DNA from: an uncultured Candidatus Saccharibacteria bacterium
Lineage (GTDB): Bacteria > Patescibacteriota > Minisyncoccia > UBA10092
Length of the DNA stretch: 36,723 nt
Direction of reading: 5' to 3'
NCBI GenBank assembly: GCA_964553885.1
Contig: CAZKLP010000004.1
Span: 1-36,723, forward strand
In this document: piece by piece, positions 1 to 7,507 of the stretch
Layout: every line of letters starts with the position of its first letter
Position numbering within the stretch: the first letter of the stretch is position 1
Program-made: the position numbers and the translations under genes
The notes under the pieces: generated by a model
The model's database searches: none
Told to the model about the DNA's origin: nothing
What the model saw: only the letters and a program-made list of their open reading frames with translations

Positions 1-98
1 TTTTCGGCTAAAAATTCGGAACCGACCGGCCGCGCCGATTTTATAAATTCCTCAATCACTATTTCAAATATTTCCTGTTGCCTGCCATCTAAATGCAT
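1..98 (-). CDS. hrcA: HrcA heat-shock repressor, N-terminal fragment (gene runs off the left edge)
   Basis: Not in the ORF track. Minus-strand reading from the ATG at 98-96 gives MHLDGRQQEIFEIVIEEFIKSARPVGSEFLAE. This matches the HrcA N-terminal winged helix with its PVGS motif. A CIRCE operator lies just upstream. Confidence 0.7.
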   Translation of the reverse strand, partial: MHLDGRQQEIFEIVIEEFIKSARPVGSEFLAE

Positions 99-107
99 AA
101 CAAGGGC

Positions 108-137
108 AGTATATCAAACCGTTAGCACTCATGTCAA
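108..137 (-). promoter_or_regulatory. Sigma-70-like promoter of hrcA, overlapping CIRCE
   Basis: Minus strand reads TTGACA (132-137), an 18-nt spacer, TATACT (108-113), then 9 nt to the ATG. Confidence 0.55.
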
Positions 138-148
138 TAGATTGCTAA
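122..148. promoter_or_regulatory. CIRCE inverted repeat (HrcA operator)
   Basis: TTAGCACTC-N9-GATTGCTAA against the consensus TTAGCACTC-N9-GAGTGCTAA, with one mismatch. It lies 24 nt upstream of the hrcA ATG. Confidence 0.8.
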
Positions 149-158
149 TTATGTAAAC

Positions 159-199
159 AAAAAAGGGTCCGCTGTTTTCAATTGAAAACTAACGAACCC
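159..199 (-). terminator. Hairpin plus T-run after the deaminase gene
   Basis: Minus strand reads gggttcg..gttttcaattgaaaac..cggaccc followed by TTTTTT. The hairpin covers the TAG stop at 189-191. Confidence 0.5.
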
Positions 200-635
200 G
201 CACATATTTGAGTTTTAAAAACTCCCAGTTACCGGATGGCGTGATAAATTCAATTTCCGAAATGCCCAAATTTTGTACCATAGGCAAACACTTTCTTTCG
301 CATGGCCTTGATAAAACCCAATTACCGTTCTTCTGTTTCCTGCCGGCAACAGTTAGTCGCGCTCCATTGAGCCGATAATGATTGGCGCGGGAAACAGCAT
401 GTGCTTCGGCATGTTGTGTTAAACCATCGACCGAGGGATGATTCCATCCCCATGCAAAAATTTTGCCATTTTTATCAGTCAAAACCGCCCCAACTTGAAT
501 CTTATAAGTGGAACGAACGCAAATATCCATTGACAGCGCCCTCGCGCCATTATTCGTATTCACGACAACCGCCTCCATTGTTAAAGATAATATTATAATA
601 GCATAATACAATATTTTAATTATAAAGTCAATCAT
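189..635 (-). CDS. Cytidine/deoxycytidylate deaminase-fold zinc protein, divergent
   Basis: HAEAHA and PCERKC motifs (H-A-E ... P-C-x2-C). The N-terminus is hydrophobic. The start is uncertain, either M1 or M20. Confidence 0.7.
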   Translation of the reverse strand: MIDFIIKILYYAIIILSLTMEAVVVNTNNGARALSMDICVRSTYKIQVGAVLTDKNGKIFAWGWNHPSVDGLTQHAEAHAVSRANHYRLNGARLTVAGRKQKNGNWVLSRPCERKCLPMVQNLGISEIEFITPSGNWEFLKLKYVRVR

Positions 636-704
636 TTGTTTTTAATAGCGCTTTATTACCGATTTATGATAAAATAAATTATTGTTATCATTAAACTTTC
701 TAAA

Positions 705-1622
705 ATGAATACTATAACCGAAAATAATTTAACCTGGGTTGATATTGAAAAACCGACCCAAAAAGATATTGACTGGCTTATAAATAATTTTAATTTTCAT
801 CCGGTAACTTTAAGCGAACTGATACCATCTTCCCAAAGGGAAAAGGTGGAACATTTCAATGATTATCTTTTTTTGGTAACTTACGTTCCTATATTCAACG
901 AGAAAAAGCACACTACTACCCCCGTTGAAGTTGATTTTCTAATAACCCGAGACCATCTTATTACGGTTCATAATGAATCACTTGAACCAATAAAAAATTT
1001 CATGGAAAAATTCCAGAACAAACCGGAGTTAAAAAATAAATATTTCGGCTCTACAACCGGCCATCTTTTTTACTGGTTAAACGAAGAGTTTTTGAATTTT
1101 GCCGAGCGAGAGCTGGTTCATATCAGCAAAAATATCCAGCATATTGAAGACGGCATATTTAAAAGCCTTGAACGCGATATGATAAGAGAAATTTCAATGA
1201 TTAAGCGCGACATTCTGGATTTTAGAATCGCCATAAGGCCGCTTCGCCGAATTTTTGAATCACTCGGCAACAAGGCGTTAAAATTCTTTAAAGACGAAAC
1301 GGATTTGGCTGTTTATTTCAGCGATCTCTTGGATGATTATGAAAAAGTCTGGAACGAAATTGATAATTATACCGATACGATTAACGCGCTTGAAAATACT
1401 AACGCCAATCTGCTCAATGATAAAACAAACGCCATTGTAAAAACTTTTACTATATTATCTTTTATTACCTTTCCGGCGATGTTAATCGCCACAATTTTAC
1501 AAATTGACACCGCGACCAATCCTATTCGAGGCTTGCCTTACGGTTTCTGGATAATTTCCGGATTAGTCGCGCTAACCGTACTCGTAATGTGGCTTTACTT
1601 TAAAACCAGAAAATGGCTTTAA
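705..1622 (+). CDS. CorA-superfamily divalent cation transporter-like protein lacking the GMN signature
   Basis: CorA-like N-terminal domain (WVDIEKPT..HPVTLSEL..REKVEHFNDYLFLV) and two C-terminal TM helices. The position of YGMNF reads ATILQIDTATNP. Confidence 0.75.
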   Translation: MNTITENNLTWVDIEKPTQKDIDWLINNFNFHPVTLSELIPSSQREKVEHFNDYLFLVTYVPIFNEKKHTTTPVEVDFLITRDHLITVHNESLEPIKNFMEKFQNKPELKNKYFGSTTGHLFYWLNEEFLNFAERELVHISKNIQHIEDGIFKSLERDMIREISMIKRDILDFRIAIRPLRRIFESLGNKALKFFKDETDLAVYFSDLLDDYEKVWNEIDNYTDTINALENTNANLLNDKTNAIVKTFTILSFITFPAMLIATILQIDTATNPIRGLPYGFWIISGLVALTVLVMWLYFKTRKWL

Positions 1623-2983
1623 AATTTTACAATTACCTAACCAAAAGAAAAGAAAATTTTAAGTCGTTAAGGCTGCTAAAAGTGGGTCTGTATACCTGTG
1701 GGCCAACGGTATATAACTACGCCCATATCGGCAATCTGCGGACTTATATTTTTGAAGATATTTTGCGCCGCGCGCTGGAATACAGCGGCTATAAAGTAAA
1801 ACACATAATGAATATCACGGACGTTGAAGATAAAATCATCGGCGGCGCCAAAAAAGCCGGAAAAACTATTTATGAATTTACCGAACCGTATGAAAAAGCG
1901 TTTTACGGAGATTTAAAAAAATTAAATATTAAAGAAGCGAGCAAATATCCAAAAGCCACGGCGCATATTCCAGAAATGATAAAAATTATTGGGACACTTC
2001 TTAAAAAAAGGCTGGCATACAAAGCGGACGGCTCAATTTATTTTGACGTTTCAAAGTTTAAGAAATACGGCCGTCTTTCGGGCATAAAATCGCGGGAACT
2101 TAAGGCCGGAACGAGAGCGGATGCTGACGAATATACAAAAGAAAACGCCGAAGATTTTGTTTTATGGAAAAAGGCAAAAGCCGGTGAACCATGGTGGCAA
2201 GCGCCGTTTGGCGAAGGTAGGCCAGGATGGCATATTGAATGTTCGGCAATGTCAATGAAATATCTCGGCGCCACTTTTGATATTCACGCCGGAGCGGTTG
2301 ATTTGATATTTCCCCACCATGAAAATGAAATCGCCCAATCGGAATGCGCGACCGGAAAATTATTTGTAAAATATTTTATTGAAGGCGAACACTTGTTGGT
2401 TGATGGCGAAAAAATGGCAAAATCGCTCGGCAATTTTTTTACCTTGCGCGATATTGAAAAAAAAGGTTTTGATCCGCTGGCTTTCCGCTATTTAGTTTTG
2501 ACCGCACATTACCGCTCAAAATTGAATTTTACTTGGAAATCGCTTGAGGCAACGCGAAACGCGCTTGAAAAACTACGAGAAGCGGTAAAAAATTTAAAAA
2601 CAGCAACACAACATCCCAACATACTTGAGAATGTAAGGGTATTGTCAAAGAAAGATTTTATTGCAAAATTTAAAAATTATATAAACAATGACTTAGAAAC
2701 TCCGCGCGCTTTAGCGCTTTTGTGGGAAGTTATTAAATCAAAAAAAATAGATATTGAAACAAAATACGCGTTGATTATTGATTTTGATAAAGTTTTAGGG
2801 CTAAATCTTTCTGAAATAAAAACCGAAAAAATTCCAACAGAAATTTTAAAACTGGCAAAAGAACGAGAAAAATATCGCCAAGAAAAAAATTTCAAAAAAT
2901 CCGACGAACTCCGCAAAAAAATTGAAGCGGCTGGCTGGCTAGTTGAAGACACCCCGCTCGGACCAAAATTAAAAAAGAAATAA
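1613..2983 (+). CDS. cysS: Cysteine--tRNA ligase
   Basis: CGPTVYNYAHIGNLRTY (HIGH-type motif), KMAKSLGN (KMSKS) and WHIECSAM. Overlaps the CorA-like gene by 10 nt. Confidence 0.95.
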   Translation: MALKFYNYLTKRKENFKSLRLLKVGLYTCGPTVYNYAHIGNLRTYIFEDILRRALEYSGYKVKHIMNITDVEDKIIGGAKKAGKTIYEFTEPYEKAFYGDLKKLNIKEASKYPKATAHIPEMIKIIGTLLKKRLAYKADGSIYFDVSKFKKYGRLSGIKSRELKAGTRADADEYTKENAEDFVLWKKAKAGEPWWQAPFGEGRPGWHIECSAMSMKYLGATFDIHAGAVDLIFPHHENEIAQSECATGKLFVKYFIEGEHLLVDGEKMAKSLGNFFTLRDIEKKGFDPLAFRYLVLTAHYRSKLNFTWKSLEATRNALEKLREAVKNLKTATQHPNILENVRVLSKKDFIAKFKNYINNDLETPRALALLWEVIKSKKIDIETKYALIIDFDKVLGLNLSEIKTEKIPTEILKLAKEREKYRQEKNFKKSDELRKKIEAAGWLVEDTPLGPKLKKK

Positions 2984-2993
2984 AAAAAATAAA

Positions 2994-3009
2994 ACGGACC
3001 GAAGTCCGT
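2994..3009. terminator. Short hairpin between convergent cysS and the 3014..3340 gene
   Basis: acggac-cgaa-gtccgt, preceded by an A-run. Confidence 0.45.
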
Positions 3010-3013
3010 GATT

Positions 3014-3340
3014 CTAAACAGGAAATTTTAATTGTGACTGTGATTCTATTGTTTTATCTAAGCAGATATATTTATAAGGAAAAATCCGTTCCTTGTAAAT
3101 ATATCTACAATAACTACAAATCATCAGTATCAAGAGTTGCAATTTACTTTTATCAAATACTTGTTGATCAGGATGTACATATCCCTGCAACACCGGAATG
3201 AAAACTCCTTTTTCACACGCTCCGCAATGAATGAGGCGCAACATCTTATTTGTTTCCGCTTTTGAAATTAAAAGATCGGTAAGCTGTAAAATATCTTCGG
3301 GAACAAAGTCAGTTTTTATCATAAGATCATTAAGGACCAT
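3014..3340 (-). CDS. Hypothetical Cys-rich protein (two CxxC pairs)
   Basis: ATG preceded by AGAGGA. HCGAC and CSYC pairs suggest a zinc ribbon. No family recognised. Confidence 0.45.
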   Translation of the reverse strand: MVLNDLMIKTDFVPEDILQLTDLLISKAETNKMLRLIHCGACEKGVFIPVLQGYVHPDQQVFDKSKLQLLILMICSYCRYIYKERIFPYKYICLDKTIESQSQLKFPV

Positions 3341-3462
3341 AAATAATTTTCCTCTAGATATTTTTTTTCCTTGTCTGCCATTTCATTCTCCACTCTTAAA
3401 TTGTTAAATATCAAGTCGTTAAAGTTAATATAAAATACTACGCTAGTAATAAATATGTTAAG

Positions 3463-3496
3463 TTATACTATAAAAACGATCGTTTTTATAGTATAA
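3463..3496. repeat. 34-bp perfect palindrome centred on CGATCG (site A)
   Basis: ttatactataaaaacga|tcgtttttatagtataa. Its first 23 nt are identical to 4127-4149. Confidence 0.9.
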
Positions 3497-3544
3497 GTAA
3501 AATTAAAATTTACCTTATATTCAACGTGGCAATCGCAACAGCAA

Positions 3545-4096
3545 TCACAAATAGAATTTTTGTTTAAGCCACTCGTCGCCTTCGATTTTTTGAGCTTCAA
3601 TAAAATTTATATAAGGGCCGACTTTAAAAATTTCTTCAATAAATTGAATTTCGCTAAGGCATGGATACGGATAAATAAATACGCTTTTCTGCAATTGATA
3701 AAATCCCAATTCTTTTAACTTCAAACGCAGAGCGTTGCGCGCGATTTTTTCGCCTTCCGGGATATCAAAGATTACAATCCGCCAAATGCCATCCCATTTT
3801 TTTGGTTTTTTGATCTCTAAACTATCAAGATTATATTTTAATAATTTTTCCCTGCCCTTTTCTAAAATAACTATTTTAGAAATTTCTCCATCTTCTTTAA
3901 AATCAATTAATCTGTCTCGTTTCATCGCTTTTATTGATTTTACAAAACTTTGTTTCTTGGTCTTAAACTTTTTAATTAACTTAATCAAGGGCCTAAACAT
4001 TTCGGCAGACCCTGGTAATACCATTACAGTGGTAATTACAAATCCAGCGCCTAGGACTAATAAAATTTGTTTTGTTAGTTCCCCTCTTTTATTCAT
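3545..4096 (-). CDS. PaaX/Cas2-like fold putative DNA-binding protein, paralog 1
   Basis: WDGIWRIVIFDIPEGEKIARNALRLKLKELGFYQLQKSVFIYPYP signature, with an N-terminal hydrophobic segment. TGA stop. Confidence 0.7.
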   Translation of the reverse strand: MNKRGELTKQILLVLGAGFVITTVMVLPGSAEMFRPLIKLIKKFKTKKQSFVKSIKAMKRDRLIDFKEDGEISKIVILEKGREKLLKYNLDSLEIKKPKKWDGIWRIVIFDIPEGEKIARNALRLKLKELGFYQLQKSVFIYPYPCLSEIQFIEEIFKVGPYINFIEAQKIEGDEWLKQKFYL

Positions 4097-4126
4097 ACCT
4101 TAAAATATTTATTTTATAATTCATGA

Positions 4127-4160
4127 TTATACTATAAAAACGATCGTTTAGTTAGTATAA
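4127..4160. repeat. Imperfect CGATCG-centred palindrome (site B), copy of site A
   Basis: ttatactataaaaacgatcgtttagttagtataa, 31 nt upstream of the paralog 1 ATG. It overlaps a minus-strand TATAAT. Confidence 0.9.
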
Positions 4161-4180
4161 ATTCAATTATTTATCTTTTA

Positions 4181-4633
4181 TTAATTTAATAATTCGTCAA
4201 CCATTTTTATTTCGTCAATCAACCCCTCAACCATGTCGTAATTTTTTACTTCTTCGTAAGTTACCCAAGCGTAGTTAATACTGTCTTTATCAAGCTTCAC
4301 CTCTCCGTTTTTGTACGGCGCGTAAAAGCTTAAAATCACAACGGGGATATTATCGGGTCGGATAAATGTCATGTCGCAAAGATATTTCAAACCCTCCACT
4401 TCAATTCCCGCCTCTTCTTTTATTTCCCGCCGCAGAGAATTTAGAACCGCATAATACCAATGTTCGGATGTGGTTTTGGGCGTATTAATATAATCATCAA
4501 CAGAAAGCCCGCCGCCGGGAACCGTCCATTTGCCCGGAAACGCCTTCTTTTCAAGGCTTCTTTGCAATAATAAGTATTTTTTGTCCTTGTATATAATGCA
4601 AGTAGAAGTAATTCTGTGTAATTCTTTATCCAT
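4181..4633 (-). CDS. Nudix hydrolase
   Basis: PGGGL...RREIKEEAGIEV Nudix box, with an extra segment (VDDYINTPKTTSEHWYY) inside the box. Confidence 0.85.
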   Translation of the reverse strand: MDKELHRITSTCIIYKDKKYLLLQRSLEKKAFPGKWTVPGGGLSVDDYINTPKTTSEHWYYAVLNSLRREIKEEAGIEVEGLKYLCDMTFIRPDNIPVVILSFYAPYKNGEVKLDKDSINYAWVTYEEVKNYDMVEGLIDEIKMVDELLN

Positions 4634-4639
4634 TGCTAA

Positions 4640-4668
4640 ATTCTACCGACTAATTCACAGGTTTTCAA
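4640..4668 (-). promoter_or_regulatory. Promoter of the Nudix gene; predicts a leaderless mRNA
   Basis: Minus strand reads TTGAAA, a 17-nt spacer, TAGAAT, then 6 nt to the ATG. No SD. Confidence 0.45.
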
Positions 4669-4676
4669 CTTTTTAT

Positions 4677-4705
4677 TTGCGATAATTTTTTTTAACAATT
4701 ATACT
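4677..4705 (+). promoter_or_regulatory. Promoter of dnaB; predicts a leaderless mRNA
   Basis: TTGCGA, a 17-nt spacer, TATACT, then 9 nt to the ATG at 4715. No SD. Confidence 0.55.
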
Positions 4706-4714
4706 TTTACTATC

Positions 4715-6085
4715 ATGCCGACTAAAACATTTAAAAAATCACCGCCGGTCGACCCCAATCGCCTTCCGCCACAGGATATTGAAACCGAACAATCGGTTTT
4801 GGGTTCGCTTTTAATAGACAAAGACGCCATCGTTAAAATTGCCGATATTGTCGCGCCGAAAGATTTTTACCGTAAAGTTCATGAAATAATTTTTGAAGCC
4901 ATGATCGGGCTTTACGGTAAAAGCGAACCGATTGATCTTTTAACGGTTTCGAGCAAACTTAAAGAAAAAAAACAATTTAAAGAAATCGGCGGGATGTCGT
5001 ATCTTACGACGCTCATGAATTCCGTTCCGACCGCTTCAAACGTTATCCACTACGCTAAAATCGTTAACCAAAAAAGAGTATTACGCGATTTAATCGGCGC
5101 TTCATATGAAATATCGTCACTCGCCTGGGAAGAAAATAAAAATATAGATGAAATTATAGACGAAGCGGAAAAGAAAATTTTTGGAGTTTCCCAATCGTCT
5201 TTGGTTTCTGAATTCCAGCACATTAAGCCCCATCTAGGCGAGGCCTTTGAACGGTTTGACCGACTTCATAAAGGTGATGACATTTGGCGTGGCATTCCCA
5301 CTGGTTTTATAGATTTAGATAAAAAACTTTCCGGTTTACAAAAAGCCGACTTAATAATCTTAGCCGGCCGGCCTTCTTTAGGAAAAACTTCTTTGGCCCT
5401 TGATTTCGCGAGATTTGCCGCCGTCAGCGAAAAAGTGCCGGTAGGCATTTTCAGTTTGGAAATGAGCAAGCAACAGCTTATTGAACGCCTTATTTCCGCC
5501 GAAGCGAACGTTGATCTGTGGCGACTTAGAAGCGGCCAGTTGTCGGACGAGGGAAAGGATAATGATTTTGAAAAAATAAGCAGAGCCCTTGATTCACTAT
5601 CATCGGCGCCAATTTATATTGATGATGCCGCCAGTCCAAACGCCTTACAGATAAGAACAATGGCTCGCCGCCTTCAATCGGAGCATGGGTTGGGACTTTT
5701 AGTTATTGATTATCTTCAACTAATGCAGGGAAGCGGCCGGATAGAAAACCGAACCCAGGAAGTCAGCGAAATTTCCCGGTCGCTAAAAAACTTATCAAGA
5801 GAATTAAACATCCCAATTCTGGCAGTTAGCCAACTTTCCCGCGCTCCGGAAGCCAGAACCGACCAGGTGCCAAAACTATCAGACTTAAGAGAATCTGGCT
5901 CTATTGAACAGGACGCTGACGTGGTTTTATTTATTTACCGGGAAGATAAGGTAAAAAAAGACAGCGACAGAAAAAATATCGCTGAAATTCACATTTCCAA
6001 ACATCGCAATGGCCCAACGGGTAAAATTGAACTATATTTCAACGAGGACTACACTAGTTTCAAGAACTTAGACAAGTTACATTAA
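4715..6085 (+). CDS. dnaB: Replicative DNA helicase DnaB
   Basis: PPQDIETEQSVLGSLL N-terminal domain, Walker A GRPSLGKTSLAL, and IDYLQLM, SQLSR motifs. Confidence 0.95.
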   Translation: MPTKTFKKSPPVDPNRLPPQDIETEQSVLGSLLIDKDAIVKIADIVAPKDFYRKVHEIIFEAMIGLYGKSEPIDLLTVSSKLKEKKQFKEIGGMSYLTTLMNSVPTASNVIHYAKIVNQKRVLRDLIGASYEISSLAWEENKNIDEIIDEAEKKIFGVSQSSLVSEFQHIKPHLGEAFERFDRLHKGDDIWRGIPTGFIDLDKKLSGLQKADLIILAGRPSLGKTSLALDFARFAAVSEKVPVGIFSLEMSKQQLIERLISAEANVDLWRLRSGQLSDEGKDNDFEKISRALDSLSSAPIYIDDAASPNALQIRTMARRLQSEHGLGLLVIDYLQLMQGSGRIENRTQEVSEISRSLKNLSRELNIPILAVSQLSRAPEARTDQVPKLSDLRESGSIEQDADVVLFIYREDKVKKDSDRKNIAEIHISKHRNGPTGKIELYFNEDYTSFKNLDKLH

Positions 6086-6087
6086 AA

Positions 6088-6133
6088 TACGAATATACGA
6101 ATTATTACTAATATACCAATTTGTATATTCGTA
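6088..6133. terminator. 11-bp stem hairpin after dnaB, with no T-run
   Basis: tacgaatatac ... gtatattcgta with a 24-nt loop, followed by a taattag tandem. Confidence 0.3.
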
Positions 6134-6156
6134 AATAATTAGTAATTAGTAATCTT

Positions 6157-6807
6157 ATGTATCCTAAACCAATCCAAAATTTTATTGAAAAGTTTTCAAA
6201 ATTGCCAGGCGTTGGCCCGCGTCAGGCCGCCCGATTGGCTTTTTGGCTGCTTAATGGCCCGAAAGAAATTCGCCAAAATATAAAGCATGCGCTTGAGAGT
6301 TTGGATAAAGATGCTCGAACGTGCGAGTTATGCCATTATGTAATTGAAAATAATGGAAATAATCAATGCCATTTTTGCGACAATCCCACGCGCGACCACG
6401 CGATTATTTGCGTTGTTGAAAAAGAAACCGACTTGGCAACCATTGAAAAATCCGAAGCTTATAAGGGCCTATATCATGTTTTAGGCGGATTATTTTCGGC
6501 TCTGGATACCTCGGTGCCAAAAAATCTGAAAATACCGGAGCTCGTAAAAAGAATTGAAAATTCTCAGTCAAAGGCGGACCAGTTTCTGGCTGGAAAAAAA
6601 GGCGATAAAAAAATAGAAGAAATCATCTTGGCAATTTCTCCCACTCACGAAGGAGATTTAACCGCTTATTATTTGGAAAAATTATTAAAACCGCTAAAAG
6701 TCAAAATAACCCGCCTCGGGCGAGGCCTTCCTTACGGCTCCGACGTGGAATTCGCCGACGCCAAAACTTTATCGGGAGCTCTCGAAAATAGAAAAGAAAT
6801 AAAATAA
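6157..6807 (+). CDS. recR: Recombination protein RecR
   Basis: HhH motif LPGVGPRQAARLAF, Cys4 finger CELC..CHFC, Toprim segment ICVVEKETDL. Carries an extra segment NSQSKADQFLAGKKGDKK. Confidence 0.9.
   Translation: MYPKPIQNFIEKFSKLPGVGPRQAARLAFWLLNGPKEIRQNIKHALESLDKDARTCELCHYVIENNGNNQCHFCDNPTRDHAIICVVEKETDLATIEKSEAYKGLYHVLGGLFSALDTSVPKNLKIPELVKRIENSQSKADQFLAGKKGDKKIEEIILAISPTHEGDLTAYYLEKLLKPLKVKITRLGRGLPYGSDVEFADAKTLSGALENRKEIK
6561..6596 (+). repeat. GC-rich twin-hairpin mini-element, copy R (inside recR)
   Basis: ttctcagtcaaaggcggaccagtttctggctggaaa. It shares an exact 14-mer (caaaggcggaccag) and an exact 11-mer (tctggctggaa) with the ddl copy. Confidence 0.85.
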
Positions 6808-6826
6808 CCCCGCAGTTGCGGGGTTA
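6805..6826. terminator. Bidirectional hairpin between recR and rplU
   Basis: taaccccgca-gt-tgcggggtta, flanked by A and T runs. Confidence 0.7.
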
Positions 6827-7132
6827 TTTTATTTCTAAAATTTCAACCTTGGTGAAATGCTGGCGATGGCCGGCTTTTTTCTTGTAACGGGTTTTAGAGT
6901 GGTAATGAAAAATAACGATTTTTTTACTTCGGCCCTGTTTTAAGACCTTAGCAGAAACCTTAGCGCCCTCAAGCATTGGCGCTCCTATTTTTACTTCTTT
7001 ATCGGCGACTAATAATACTTTATCAAAATCAAAGTTATCGCCTTCTTGGGCGTTGATTTTTTCAATCTTTAATTTATCCCCTTCTTTAATGAGATATTGT
7101 TTTCCTCCGGTTTTAATTACGGCAAGTTTCAT
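6824..7132 (-). CDS. rplU: 50S ribosomal protein L21
   Basis: MKLAVIKTGGKQYLIKEGDKLKIEK ... HRQHFTKVEI. Confidence 0.95.
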   Translation of the reverse strand: MKLAVIKTGGKQYLIKEGDKLKIEKINAQEGDNFDFDKVLLVADKEVKIGAPMLEGAKVSAKVLKQGRSKKIVIFHYHSKTRYKKKAGHRQHFTKVEILEIK

Positions 7133-7149
7133 AATTTTTCAATATATCA

Positions 7150-7491
7150 TCATGAGTTAATAATGTAAAGCGAGATACTTGCTAGCCACAAAAAAACTTC
7201 TGAAATTAAAGATGTAACTGCCAAAAAATAAGCCAGGCCTTTTACTTTAAACCATAATCTTAAAGCCAAAACGCTGTTTAGCAAAAAAATTATTAAACCG
7301 GCAATCGGCAAAATAAATATATTTTTAACCTCGCCGAAATAATCAACGCCCCAATCAACATTATAGTGAAGCACAATCGGAATATCGCTTCGTTTTATAA
7401 AAAAATAAAAAAATAAAAAAAGTCCGAGATTTAAAATCAAGCTTAAAATTAAAAGCGGTTTAATAATTTTATCTCTTAAAAATTCTTTCAT
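7150..7491 (-). CDS. Small multi-pass membrane protein, hypothetical
   Basis: Three to four hydrophobic helices. TGA stop. No family recognised. Confidence 0.5.
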   Translation of the reverse strand: MKEFLRDKIIKPLLILSLILNLGLFLFFYFFIKRSDIPIVLHYNVDWGVDYFGEVKNIFILPIAGLIIFLLNSVLALRLWFKVKGLAYFLAVTSLISEVFLWLASISLYIINS

Positions 7492-7507
7492 AGTTTATAT
7501 GGGGGGT

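Noticed and set aside
3341-3400. An A8 run upstream of the 3014..3340 gene with an out-of-frame ATG (MADKEKK...), considered as a slippage-dependent N-terminal extension.
   Set aside because: The annotated ATG at 3340 already has a good AGAGGA SD. The extension needs a +1 insertion and has no supporting homology.
3463-4160. A Cas2-fold protein next to palindromic repeats, considered as a degenerate CRISPR locus.
   Set aside because: There are only two repeat copies per locus, separated by ~630-700 bp that is a protein-coding gene. There is no spacer array, no cas1 and no other cas genes. The architecture fits operators or cassette ends, not CRISPR.
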